DNA of 64,000 nt. It comes from a virus. Taxonomy: Duplodnaviria; Caudoviricetes. The position numbers and the translations under genes were made by a program. Below the pieces are notes generated by a model. That model did not search any database, was not told the DNA's origin, and saw only the letters and a program-made list of their open reading frames with translations. The stretch covers positions 1,126-65,125 of IMG/VR virus record IMGVR_UViG_3300043438_001421, one strand, 5' to 3'. How positions within the stretch are numbered: position 1 is the first letter of the stretch; each line of letters starts with the position of its first letter. Below, piece by piece: positions 8,069 to 16,158 of this stretch.

Positions 8069-9167
8069 GCCTTCTATAAAAGAAGTAGATATAGAAAAAG
8101 TTAGTGATCAGTTACGTTCTGGAAATCTAGCTCAGGGAGATAAAGTTGCTGAATTAGAGTGGAGAATGTCTAGATTAACAGATAGAGAAAACTCTGCTGC
8201 TTATAGCAGTGCTACTTCTATTTTCGAGGCAATCTTCGCTTATATTGGAGTTGAAGAGGGCGATGAAATTATATTGTCTCCTTTGACTTTTAAGTCTGTT
8301 CCGTATGCAGTCATCAGAGCTGGAGCCACTCCAGTATTTATAGATACAAATGAGTACTATCTTTCTGATTGGAATAAGATTGATTCACTTCTAAATAAAA
8401 ATACAAAAGTTATTATCTCAACAAGCCTCTACGGGATGCCAGATCCGAATTTCGATAGGCTTCTTAAATCATTAGATTACTATCCAGATGTTTGGTTAAT
8501 TGAAGATAATGCTCAGTCAATTGGAGCAAAATATAATAAGACAGATCACATTGGATCTTGGGAATCAAGATCTAATTTTTCTATTTTCTCTTTTTATGCA
8601 ACAAAAAATATAACAGGTGGAGAAGGTGGAGTTGTTGTATTCAATGAAGATACCGATTTTTTTCATTCTTATAGAAATAATGGAATTTGTAAAAACTTTT
8701 TTAACAAAAATTGCGTAGGAACTAATATGAGAATGACTGATATAGAAGCCACTCTCATCCTTTCTCAGCTTGATAGAGTTAAACAAGTTACAGAAACAAG
8801 AAATAATCAGGCCAATATATATCATAATATGTTGAGTATTGAAAACTTACAATTTAAAAATTTAGATAAAAATGCTACTCATGCATATCATCATTATACA
8901 TTGACTTTGCCAAAAAATCTTGATAGATCATATGTGCTTGCTTGTCTTGAGTCATATGGAATTCATGCCGGGATATATTACGAGTACTTGGTTAATTACG
9001 ACAAGAGTTTTACTGCTCCCATCCGAGCTTCGAATACTCCGAATGCTCTGCTACAATCTAAGCAAGCGATATGTCTCCCGCTTGGAGAGACTTTGAGTCA
9101 TTCTGATATAAAGTATATTGCACAAAAGTTTGAGGAGATCATTAATAGTGAATCAACAGCCAACTAA
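8052..9167 (+). CDS. DegT/DnrJ/EryC1/StrS PLP-dependent sugar aminotransferase
   Basis: GDEII..PLTF, IEDNAQSIGA, FSFYATKNITGGEGG (PLP lysine), GTNMRMTDIEA; start at the ATG at 8052. Confidence 0.92.
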   Translation: MLQCNRPSIKEVDIEKVSDQLRSGNLAQGDKVAELEWRMSRLTDRENSAAYSSATSIFEAIFAYIGVEEGDEIILSPLTFKSVPYAVIRAGATPVFIDTNEYYLSDWNKIDSLLNKNTKVIISTSLYGMPDPNFDRLLKSLDYYPDVWLIEDNAQSIGAKYNKTDHIGSWESRSNFSIFSFYATKNITGGEGGVVVFNEDTDFFHSYRNNGICKNFFNKNCVGTNMRMTDIEATLILSQLDRVKQVTETRNNQANIYHNMLSIENLQFKNLDKNATHAYHHYTLTLPKNLDRSYVLACLESYGIHAGIYYEYLVNYDKSFTAPIRASNTPNALLQSKQAICLPLGETLSHSDIKYIAQKFEEIINSESTAN

Positions 9168-9300
9168 TCAGTATGAACAGTTTTTGCGTAATGAAATTCA
9201 ATGTATTAATAGCGCAGGTATAGTGTCAAAAGTCTCTGGATATAATAGATTTAGTGGAGCTGAAATATTCGCAGTCTTGAAGAGGTATTTAGATGACTAA
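9148..9300 (+). CDS. small hypothetical protein
   Basis: GAGGAG RBS then GTG; fills the gap between the aminotransferase and ATP-grasp genes. Confidence 0.45.
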   Translation: MNQQPTNQYEQFLRNEIQCINSAGIVSKVSGYNRFSGAEIFAVLKRYLDD

Positions 9301-10342
9301 AATTCTATTACTTGGATGTGACGGCAATGCTGGTATAAATTATGCTAAATCTATATGGGCATCCGACAAGACTATTGAAATTATTGGTACAGGATTTAGT
9401 AAATATCATATTAATGTAGCTCAAGATGCTGGAATTGACACTCATTTGATAGATCCGAATGAATGGGATCTTGCCAATAAGAAGCAATTTATCTATGATG
9501 CAATTTCTTACGGAGTTGATTTTATCCATGCGCAGCCTGAAGAAGAAGTTCACGATCTATGTCTTATGCAAAATGATGAAAAAATTAGATATAGAACTTT
9601 TGGAAAAAATATAGAAGAGTGGCGTATATTCAATGATAAAGGGCAGACTATGCAAAATAGTTCTATAAAATTTTATTCATTTATGGAAGTTAAAAATACT
9701 CCTAGATTTTTTAATCATTTAATGGCTAAAAATAATACAGTCTGGATCAGAGCTAGAAGCGGGGCTGGGAGCAAGTGGGCTCTTCCTGTCGTCTCGTTTC
9801 AGCAGGCTGAGAACTGGGTAAATTATTTGTCCATTAGTAAAGGCGCTAATCCTCACGACTTCATTCTCTCAGAATATCTACCCGGTAAAGAGTATGCTGT
9901 TCAATTATTCTATATCGATGGAGAGCTTTTCCATTGTCAGGCCAGAGAGAGAGTGGAGCATCACTTTGCCAAGCAGATGGTTTCTGGCCAAAGTTCAACT
10001 CCATCGGTGGCGAAAACTGTTGATAACCCAGAAGTCACATTCTATGCAGATTCATGCGTAATGGACTGCGTAGAAAAACCAAATGGAATTTATGGCGTTG
10101 ATATGAGATACAATAGCGATGATGAGCCAGTTATGACTGAAATAAACTACGGCAGATACTTTACAACAAGTAATTTTTTTGCTAATATTGGAGTAAACAC
10201 TCCATATGAAGAATATTTATATGTAGTCTCTGGAGAGAAGCCGGAGAAAAGAATTGATCAGGTCAAAGATGAGATGTATTGGATTCGAGGACTTGATCAT
10301 GAACCTGTATTGATGGAGACTCTTCCTTATGACTTTAGTTGA
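9293..10342 (+). CDS. ATP-grasp domain protein
   Basis: IRARSGAGSKWA, SEYLPGKEYAV, GIYGVDMR...PVMTEINYGRY ATP-grasp signatures. Confidence 0.85.
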   Translation: MTKILLLGCDGNAGINYAKSIWASDKTIEIIGTGFSKYHINVAQDAGIDTHLIDPNEWDLANKKQFIYDAISYGVDFIHAQPEEEVHDLCLMQNDEKIRYRTFGKNIEEWRIFNDKGQTMQNSSIKFYSFMEVKNTPRFFNHLMAKNNTVWIRARSGAGSKWALPVVSFQQAENWVNYLSISKGANPHDFILSEYLPGKEYAVQLFYIDGELFHCQARERVEHHFAKQMVSGQSSTPSVAKTVDNPEVTFYADSCVMDCVEKPNGIYGVDMRYNSDDEPVMTEINYGRYFTTSNFFANIGVNTPYEEYLYVVSGEKPEKRIDQVKDEMYWIRGLDHEPVLMETLPYDFS

Positions 10343-10886
10343 TGTTACTGTATGCACGACTAGCATTCCGCATAGAAGCGAGATGCTGCAGGAATGCATG
10401 AGGTCTGTTAGAAATCAGACTTGGAAGCCAAAGGCTCATCTTATTGCCATTGACTACGAGCGCGTCGGTGGAGCGAGGACGCTGAACACATTGATTGATG
10501 CTGCCAAGACAGAGTGGGTTGCGCCACTCGCTGACGATGATCTTTTTTATCCACAGTATATCGAAAAGCTTCTTACAAATGCCGGTGACGCTGATATGAT
10601 ATATCCTTGGTGCGAAGTTACTGGAACGAGAAATGGATGGAACCCAAACTCTCTACTTGATATCGAAAGATTAAAGGAAAACAATTACATTCCAGCAACT
10701 GTTTTGCTACGTAAATCGGCTTGGGAAAAGCTCGGAGGCTACCCCGAAGTTGTTTGCGAAGATCATGCGATGTGGCTGAAGATGATTGAGGCCAATATGC
10801 AAATCAAATGCTTACCGGAAATTCTTTGGCAGTATCGTTTTCATGGAAAAAATATAAGCGACGGAAATAGCCACGAGTCTGTATGA
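10329..10886 (+). CDS. glycosyltransferase family 2
   Basis: VTVCTTSIPHR...SV, EWVAPLADDD (DxD), GGY..VCEDHAMW, YRFH. Confidence 0.88.
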   Translation: MTLVDVTVCTTSIPHRSEMLQECMRSVRNQTWKPKAHLIAIDYERVGGARTLNTLIDAAKTEWVAPLADDDLFYPQYIEKLLTNAGDADMIYPWCEVTGTRNGWNPNSLLDIERLKENNYIPATVLLRKSAWEKLGGYPEVVCEDHAMWLKMIEANMQIKCLPEILWQYRFHGKNISDGNSHESV

Positions 10887-11521
10887 TGATTAGCACAGTA
10901 AGCATTATGTCATGTAAACGAACACCTTCTTTTTTAGAAGATACAGTTAAATCAATACCAGATAATCTAAATATTGAAATATTTTATCAAGGCGATGTAA
11001 ATGAAATTTCTTTTGATAATATCAATATAAAGCAAGTAGATTATATTGAAGATGCACACAGAGTTCATCATAATAGCCAATATAACTATGCTTCAACCTT
11101 GATGAATAGCAAAGATGGATTTATAGTTGAAGATGACATTGAGTTTTCTGTAAATTTTTCTAGCCATATGGCTGATTTAAATAATTTACTAGATAATATG
11201 CAATGTAAATATGCGCTAGCAATTTACTCATGTTATAACTGGAGTAAAAAGGGGGCCAGTTTAGTTGACTATCCTGTAGAAGCATTTTATGGAACTCAAG
11301 GTATGATATATGATATCGAAACTGCACGATCATTTGGTAATTTTCTTATGGGCAGGATCGGAGTTGAGCCATATGATTTCGCCCTAAAAACTTACATACA
11401 AGAAGTTGACCCAGATGTCAGATTGCTGGCGACAGGTAGTTCTCTTATTCAACATAGAGGAGATTTGTCAACTGGACTTGGTGTATTTCATAAAGCACCA
11501 AATTTTGTGGATCATCTATGA
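10883..11521 (+). CDS. glycosyltransferase-like protein (GT-A fold)
   Basis: FIVEDDIEFS acidic motif and SLIQHRG..STG C-terminal motif. Confidence 0.65.
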   Translation: MMISTVSIMSCKRTPSFLEDTVKSIPDNLNIEIFYQGDVNEISFDNINIKQVDYIEDAHRVHHNSQYNYASTLMNSKDGFIVEDDIEFSVNFSSHMADLNNLLDNMQCKYALAIYSCYNWSKKGASLVDYPVEAFYGTQGMIYDIETARSFGNFLMGRIGVEPYDFALKTYIQEVDPDVRLLATGSSLIQHRGDLSTGLGVFHKAPNFVDHL

Positions 11522-12153
11522 TATATCCAATTATATTACATCATGATAAATCACTTGAGTATACAAAGTCTTTAGAGACAAATTTATTTGGACGTGAATA
11601 TGATGTCATTGATTCTTCAACTCTTCATACTTCATTTACTCAAAGTTTTAATATAGCTTGCATAAAAGCTTATACACATTTTCTTACTAATAAGTATACT
11701 CACGTTATGATATGTAATAATGACATATCTTTGAATAGTAGTCAGCTCGATATTCTTGATCAAAAAATTGGTGGTATGGATGGAATATTTACGCCTAGCG
11801 CAAATTCGCCGCATCACTCTGTAATGTCAGCGGTTGGATCGGATGATCTGAGAGAAGTTCCTTGGATAGAGTTTATCTGCCCGATTATCTCCTTTAGCGT
11901 TATTGACACAATTGGTCTCCTTGACACAAAGCTCCTTCATGGATGGGGAGTTGAGCTTGATTATTGCTATAGAGCTAGTCTTCAAAATTTTAAAACATAT
12001 TTAGTACAAAATGTCATAGTTCATCACTATGAGCATAGATCTCAAGATAATCATAATGATTATAGACATCATGCGAACTCGGAGATGAACCATGTGCTCA
12101 GGGGTAAGTACGGCGACGGCTGGCAGGAAATTTTGAAATATCCTCAGTGGTAG
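11518..12153 (+). CDS. glycosyltransferase family 2-like protein
   Basis: FTQSFN, ICNNDI, IGLLD..L.HGWGVELDYCYRA, VHH. Confidence 0.8.
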   Translation: MIYPIILHHDKSLEYTKSLETNLFGREYDVIDSSTLHTSFTQSFNIACIKAYTHFLTNKYTHVMICNNDISLNSSQLDILDQKIGGMDGIFTPSANSPHHSVMSAVGSDDLREVPWIEFICPIISFSVIDTIGLLDTKLLHGWGVELDYCYRASLQNFKTYLVQNVIVHHYEHRSQDNHNDYRHHANSEMNHVLRGKYGDGWQEILKYPQW

Positions 12154-12193
12154 TGTGCGATGGCCATACTATGATGCTATCATGCCAAGACTA

Positions 12194-12267
12194 CCGGCAG
12201 TAGCTCAGTTGGTGAGAGCACAAGTCTTATATACTTGCGGTCGGTGGTTCAATCCCACCCTGCCGGA
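12194..12267 (+). tRNA. tRNA-Ile(TAT)
   Basis: Acceptor CCGGCAG/CTGCCGG plus A73, D-arm TAGCTCAGTTGGTGAGAGC, anticodon arm CAAGT-ctTATat-ACTTG, T-arm GGTGG-TTCAATC-CCACC. Confidence 0.88.
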
Positions 12268-12280
12268 CTAAGGAGTTTAT

Positions 12281-12436
12281 ATGTCAGCTTTAGAACCTAC
12301 AAAGGAAGAGATGCAGGACTTAGTTGTTGTCGTTCTCCCAAGAGTCATAGTCGAAGCTATGAATAATATTGAGGGAGAGTTTTATAATGATGAAGTTGTG
12401 GACAAAGCTTTTGCAAAAGCTTTAGAAATGGATTAA
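12281..12436 (+). CDS. 51-aa hypothetical protein (not in the ORF track)
   Basis: AGGAG RBS at 12271; MSALEPTKEEMQDLVVVVLPRVIVEAM...ALEMD*. Confidence 0.6.
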   Translation: MSALEPTKEEMQDLVVVVLPRVIVEAMNNIEGEFYNDEVVDKAFAKALEMD

Positions 12437-12440
12437 TAAT

Positions 12441-12866
12441 ATGCAAACTTTTCTCCCGTCAGATGACTTTGCTCTGTGCGCTATGAGCCTTGATAGACAG
12501 AGGCTTGGTAAGCAAAGAGTTGAGACTTTACAGATCATGCAAACTTTAGCGGGCTTGAGTCGCGGGAAGGGTTGGATCAATCATCCAGCTACGAAAATGT
12601 GGAAAGGGCATGAGGATTATCTAATGCTTTATCAGATTGCTATCTGCCAAGAGTGGACTAGCAGAGGTTATAAAGATACTTGTATGTGGAAAACTTTTGA
12701 TGCCCTTGGCCAGATTGAGTATCCATCAACATACCCAGAGTGGATGGGGGATAACTCAATTCACTCTTCTCATAGAAGCAACTTGCTTCGCAAAGATCCA
12801 GATTTTTATTCACAGTTTGGCTGGCAGGAATCTGATGATCTAGACTATGTATGGCCAGTCCAATAG
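12441..12866 (+). CDS. pyrimidine dimer DNA glycosylase / MSMEG_6728-family protein
   Basis: MQTFLP..DF...LDRQRLGKQRVETLQI, GWINHPA..MW.G, HSSHRSNLLRKDP..Y, YVWP. Confidence 0.88.
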   Translation: MQTFLPSDDFALCAMSLDRQRLGKQRVETLQIMQTLAGLSRGKGWINHPATKMWKGHEDYLMLYQIAICQEWTSRGYKDTCMWKTFDALGQIEYPSTYPEWMGDNSIHSSHRSNLLRKDPDFYSQFGWQESDDLDYVWPVQ

Positions 12867-12877
12867 AAAGAGGTAAT

Positions 12878-13048
12878 ATGCCGAAGTTAAGAGTTTCGAA
12901 GGAAGCACTGCCGGAGTCGGAGTCTTCTGAAATTGATATCTATCCCGATGGCGACAAGAGTCGTCCGAGAGTCGGGGTTTTGAAGATCGATAAGGGCAAG
13001 TCAAATCTTATTTTAGATCCCGGTATTCTTCCGTACCAGAGCTTCTGA
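12878..13048 (+). CDS. hypothetical protein
   Basis: GAGGT RBS before the ATG at 12878. Confidence 0.5.
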   Translation: MPKLRVSKEALPESESSEIDIYPDGDKSRPRVGVLKIDKGKSNLILDPGILPYQSF

Positions 13049-13099
13049 AATCTGATATAATCTACACGTTGCGAACGTGGCGAACTGAATGGAGTAATT

Positions 13100-13423
13100 A
13101 TGGAAGATAGTTGGATTGATAAGCTCGCTGATGAAACTATGGCCTCGATGCCCCAGCCTGAAAAAGAATTTGTTCAAGCTATGATGGACATTGTAGAGCG
13201 TCATGGAAAGCTTGCAAATAATGATGGCAAGGGTATTTGGGTTGGTTATGTTGAAGCGTCTGAAAATGATGTGGCCTCTAGAGGCATTAAGTGCTTGAAC
13301 TGCGCCCACTATGAGGGCGATGGGATGTGTCACATCGTTGTTCAGACAGTTGAGCCGGAAGGTCTTTGCAGACTTGCAGCAATTCCCGATGCGATTGTCC
13401 GTCTTAATGATATGATGTCATAG
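13100..13423 (+). CDS. HiPIP-like 4-Cys (putative Fe-S or metal-binding) protein
   Basis: KCLNCAHY...MCHIV..TVEPEGLCRL has HiPIP-like Cys spacing; own TGATATAAT promoter and downstream hairpin. Confidence 0.7.
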   Translation: MEDSWIDKLADETMASMPQPEKEFVQAMMDIVERHGKLANNDGKGIWVGYVEASENDVASRGIKCLNCAHYEGDGMCHIVVQTVEPEGLCRLAAIPDAIVRLNDMMS

Positions 13424-13461
13424 TCCGAACGAAGCGCGAAATCCGTGTGAAGGCAGTGTTG

Positions 13462-13488
13462 GCGGGGGAGGTTATCTCCCCCGCTCTT
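13462..13488 (+). terminator. terminator-like hairpin
   Basis: GCGGGGGAG-GTTAT-CTCCCCCGC. Confidence 0.65.
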
Positions 13489-13502
13489 AATGGGAGATGT
13501 AA

Positions 13503-14687
13503 ATGTCCGATTCAATAAAAGTATTAGTTTTTTCAGATCAGCAGATTGAGGCATTGAGCTCAGATCTGCTTTCAAGATTTTCTATCGATATCAAGCCTTG
13601 TGATAATTTTGTAAATAAGGCTTTGTCTGAAAATAAACCTAATGTAATTCTTACATTTGGAGTTCTTGAAGACCATCCATCATTGGCTGATCAACCTCTT
13701 TGGATTAGAAAAAAGTGGATTCATATTGATGACTTCACAGTCACTCCAGAGCAAATAGCTTCATTGATTGAAGGATGCTTTGCTTCTCTTTTCCATGATA
13801 CAAGAGAGTTTACTGAGCCATTAGTTTCTATTATTACCCCAACTTTTAATACAAAAAATATATTTTGGCCGTATAGATCTGTCGCTGGTCAGGAGTACAA
13901 GAATATTGAGTGGATCATCTATGATGACGGTTCCGATAGCGAAGACACTATCAACTCAATCAAGCAGATTGCTTCTGTAGACCCTAGGATAAAAGTATTT
14001 TTTGCTGAGCACTCCGGATCAATCGGAGAGGTTAAGCACAATGCCTTTATGCTTGCTGAAGGGGAGATTCTTGTAGAACTTGATCATGATGACGAACTTA
14101 CTCCTTGGTGTGTTTCTTCAATTGTTGAGGCTTTCACCAAATTCCCCGACGCCGGCTTCGCCTACACAGACTGCGCCGAAGTGATTGGCGATGAACACGA
14201 AAATGCATCATACCCTGATGGCTGGGGATTTGGATACGGCAGTTATCGCTCCGAGTTTTGGCGTGGACGGGATTATCTAGTGTCTAACTATCCAGATATT
14301 AACTCCAAGACTATCCGGCATATCGTAGGTGTACCTAATCATGCTAGGGCGTGGAATGCAGCCTTCTACAAGTTAATTGGCGGACACAATAAGAGCCTCT
14401 TTGTCGCTGATGATTATGAGCTTTTGGTTAGAACTTGGCTTTCAACTCCTATGGTTCATATTCGTCGCTTCGGGTATATTCAGTATCATCATGAGAACAA
14501 TACTCAAAAGAAGCGCAATGCTGAAATACAAAATCTTGTTGCTTTGATTCACAGATCATATGAAGATAAAATTCATCAAACATTTTTAGATTTTGAAATT
14601 GACGATTTTATATGGCAAGATGGCGTGCTGAATTGGGGTATTGAGAATCCCGAACAAACTCCCATCACTAACTATGTAATGGATTAA
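13503..14687 (+). CDS. glycosyltransferase family 2 with N-terminal extension
   Basis: PLVSIITPTFN, EWIIYDDGS, VELDHDDEL, ADDYELLVR. Confidence 0.9.
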   Translation: MSDSIKVLVFSDQQIEALSSDLLSRFSIDIKPCDNFVNKALSENKPNVILTFGVLEDHPSLADQPLWIRKKWIHIDDFTVTPEQIASLIEGCFASLFHDTREFTEPLVSIITPTFNTKNIFWPYRSVAGQEYKNIEWIIYDDGSDSEDTINSIKQIASVDPRIKVFFAEHSGSIGEVKHNAFMLAEGEILVELDHDDELTPWCVSSIVEAFTKFPDAGFAYTDCAEVIGDEHENASYPDGWGFGYGSYRSEFWRGRDYLVSNYPDINSKTIRHIVGVPNHARAWNAAFYKLIGGHNKSLFVADDYELLVRTWLSTPMVHIRRFGYIQYHHENNTQKKRNAEIQNLVALIHRSYEDKIHQTFLDFEIDDFIWQDGVLNWGIENPEQTPITNYVMD

Positions 14688-14691
14688 AATT

Positions 14692-14859
14692 ATGAAATTT
14701 GTAAAAGGTAACGCTAATAAGGGCTACTCAGTTGGCCACGATAGAAAAATGCGGGCGCATAATCCCCGATTAGTTATTCCAGAGTCTGAGGTAGTTACTA
14801 GACAGATGACTGAGCAAGACTGGATTCGTTTCTACGAAAATAAACGTAAGACTAAATAA
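14692..14859 (+). CDS. 55-aa basic peptide A (paralog pair; not in the ORF track)
   Basis: MKFVKGNANKGYSVGHDRKMRAHNPRLVIPESEVVTRQMTEQDWIRFYENKRKTK*; clear paralog immediately downstream. Confidence 0.75.
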   Translation: MKFVKGNANKGYSVGHDRKMRAHNPRLVIPESEVVTRQMTEQDWIRFYENKRKTK

Positions 14860-14876
14860 ATTAGTAAGATACTATT

Positions 14877-15044
14877 ATGAGACACATTAAAGGTAGTACG
14901 GGAAAAAAGACATATTGGGTTAGCGGAGGAAAAGCTATCCATAAGCCTCGCCTTCGGGTTGCTCCGTCTAAAGCGTCTACTAGAAAGATGACTGAAGAAG
15001 ACTGGATTCGCTTTTACGAGAATAAGCGTAAGAGGAAGAAGTAA
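14877..15044 (+). CDS. 55-aa basic peptide B (paralog pair; not in the ORF track)
   Basis: MRHIKGSTGKKTYWVSGGKAIHKPRLRVAPSKASTRKMTEEDWIRFYENKRKRKK*. Confidence 0.75.
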   Translation: MRHIKGSTGKKTYWVSGGKAIHKPRLRVAPSKASTRKMTEEDWIRFYENKRKRKK

Positions 15045-15048
15045 TTTA

Positions 15049-15130
15049 GCGGGCGTGGTGGAAATGGTATACACAGGAGGCTTAAAACTTCCCGCCTTTT
15101 GGATTGTGGGTTCGAATCCCACCGCCCGCA
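15049..15130 (+). tRNA. tRNA-Leu(TAA)
   Basis: Acceptor GCGGGCG/CGCCCGC, anticodon GGAGG-ctTAAaa-CTTCC, variable arm, GGTTCGAATCC. Confidence 0.92.
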
Positions 15131-15149
15131 CTTTTCAAAGGAGAAAGCA

Positions 15150-15371
15150 ATGGATATTGTTCAGCAACTAAGAGATCGTGCTTGTCCCTCTGGGCTTCCA
15201 CACACAGGAGATAATCCTGAGGAAGATCATGGTCATACTGATTGTTGGCTTCATCATCAAGCAGCAGATGAGATTGAGCGCCTGCGCTCCGAGCTTGGCC
15301 AGCGTGGTTGTTGTGAGTGGGATTGTCCTAAATGTGGTGCTCACATTTACAGTAAAGTGTTGGATCGATAA
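15150..15371 (+). CDS. hypothetical protein
   Basis: AGGAG RBS; DIVQQLR...AADEIERLR motif common in phage small proteins, C-terminal CPKC. Confidence 0.65.
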   Translation: MDIVQQLRDRACPSGLPHTGDNPEEDHGHTDCWLHHQAADEIERLRSELGQRGCCEWDCPKCGAHIYSKVLDR

Positions 15372-15379
15372 AGTATTTT

Positions 15380-15453
15380 GTCCTTGTAGCTCAGCGGATT
15401 AGAGCGGATGGTTTCTACCCATTAGGTCGGGAGTTCGAATCTCTCCAAGGACG
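15380..15453 (+). tRNA. tRNA-Arg(TCT)
   Basis: Acceptor GTCCTTG/CAAGGAC, anticodon GATGG-ttTCTac-CCATT, GTTCGAATC. Confidence 0.92.
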
Positions 15454-15484
15454 CCTGAAAATATCAAATATGATATAATCATTT

Positions 15485-15889
15485 ATGGCTGGAATTATTG
15501 TAGATATTGATGGAACATTACTCAGTGGCAATAATGGCATTGATAAGACTATTGCTTGGGTTAATGAGAAGTCAAAGAGCTATACTATCTATCTGGTGAC
15601 TGGTAGACCAGAAGAAGATAGAGCCAAAACGACAAGAGCTCTCAAGTCAAATGGCGTCAAATATAATAGGCTCTATATGAATGATAAATATAAAGATCAT
15701 GAGTATACTATGGAGCATAAGAGAAATAAAGCAACAGAGTTATTGAAAGATGACAATATCATATTGGCTGTAGATAATGATCCTGATGCTAGAGCAGTAT
15801 ACTCAAGACTTGGTATCCCAACCAAGAATCCATCAAGCTTGCCGAAGACTGTTGCCAAAATTGAAGGACTATGGCAGGGTTTATTTTAA
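15485..15889 (+). CDS. HAD-family phosphatase (PNKP 3'-phosphatase-like)
   Basis: IVDIDGTL, LVTGRPE, conserved K, AVDNDP HAD motifs I-IV; C-terminus IEGLWQGLF. Confidence 0.88.
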   Translation: MAGIIVDIDGTLLSGNNGIDKTIAWVNEKSKSYTIYLVTGRPEEDRAKTTRALKSNGVKYNRLYMNDKYKDHEYTMEHKRNKATELLKDDNIILAVDNDPDARAVYSRLGIPTKNPSSLPKTVAKIEGLWQGLF

Positions 15890-15906
15890 TCTGATATACT
15901 CCAAAA

Positions 15907-16158
15907 ATGGAACATCCAATCTGCACTATGATGTGTGAGGACTGTGGAAAATTTGCCATTATGCATGAAAATGGTCTGACTATTTTCTTGATTAATAAAG
16001 AGTTTTTTGCTATGTCAAGATGCTTGTTCTGCAATAGAGCTGTTAGAGATAGTATTTCGAAAGAAGTATGTATCTCTCTTTTCTGGGAAAATGTTAAAAT
16101 ATTTAACTTCAACACAGGTGAGCAAATTTTGGACGAAAAGATTTTGGAGAGTATATGA
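15907..16158 (+). CDS. Zn-finger-like hypothetical protein
   Basis: CEDC...CLFC; TGATATACT 6 nt upstream. Confidence 0.65.
   Translation: MEHPICTMMCEDCGKFAIMHENGLTIFLINKEFFAMSRCLFCNRAVRDSISKEVCISLFWENVKIFNFNTGEQILDEKILESI

Noticed and set aside
13060-13490. Possible group I intron around the HiPIP-like ORF (CATAGTCCGA resembles the S/P7 element)
   Set aside because: No matching R/P7 partner or interrupted host gene found; the flanks are explained by a promoter, 5' hairpin and terminator
14832-15131. Minus-strand ORF MRAVGFEPT... and similar ORFs over tRNAs (5855..6058, 15099 start)
   Set aside because: Shadow translations of tRNA genes
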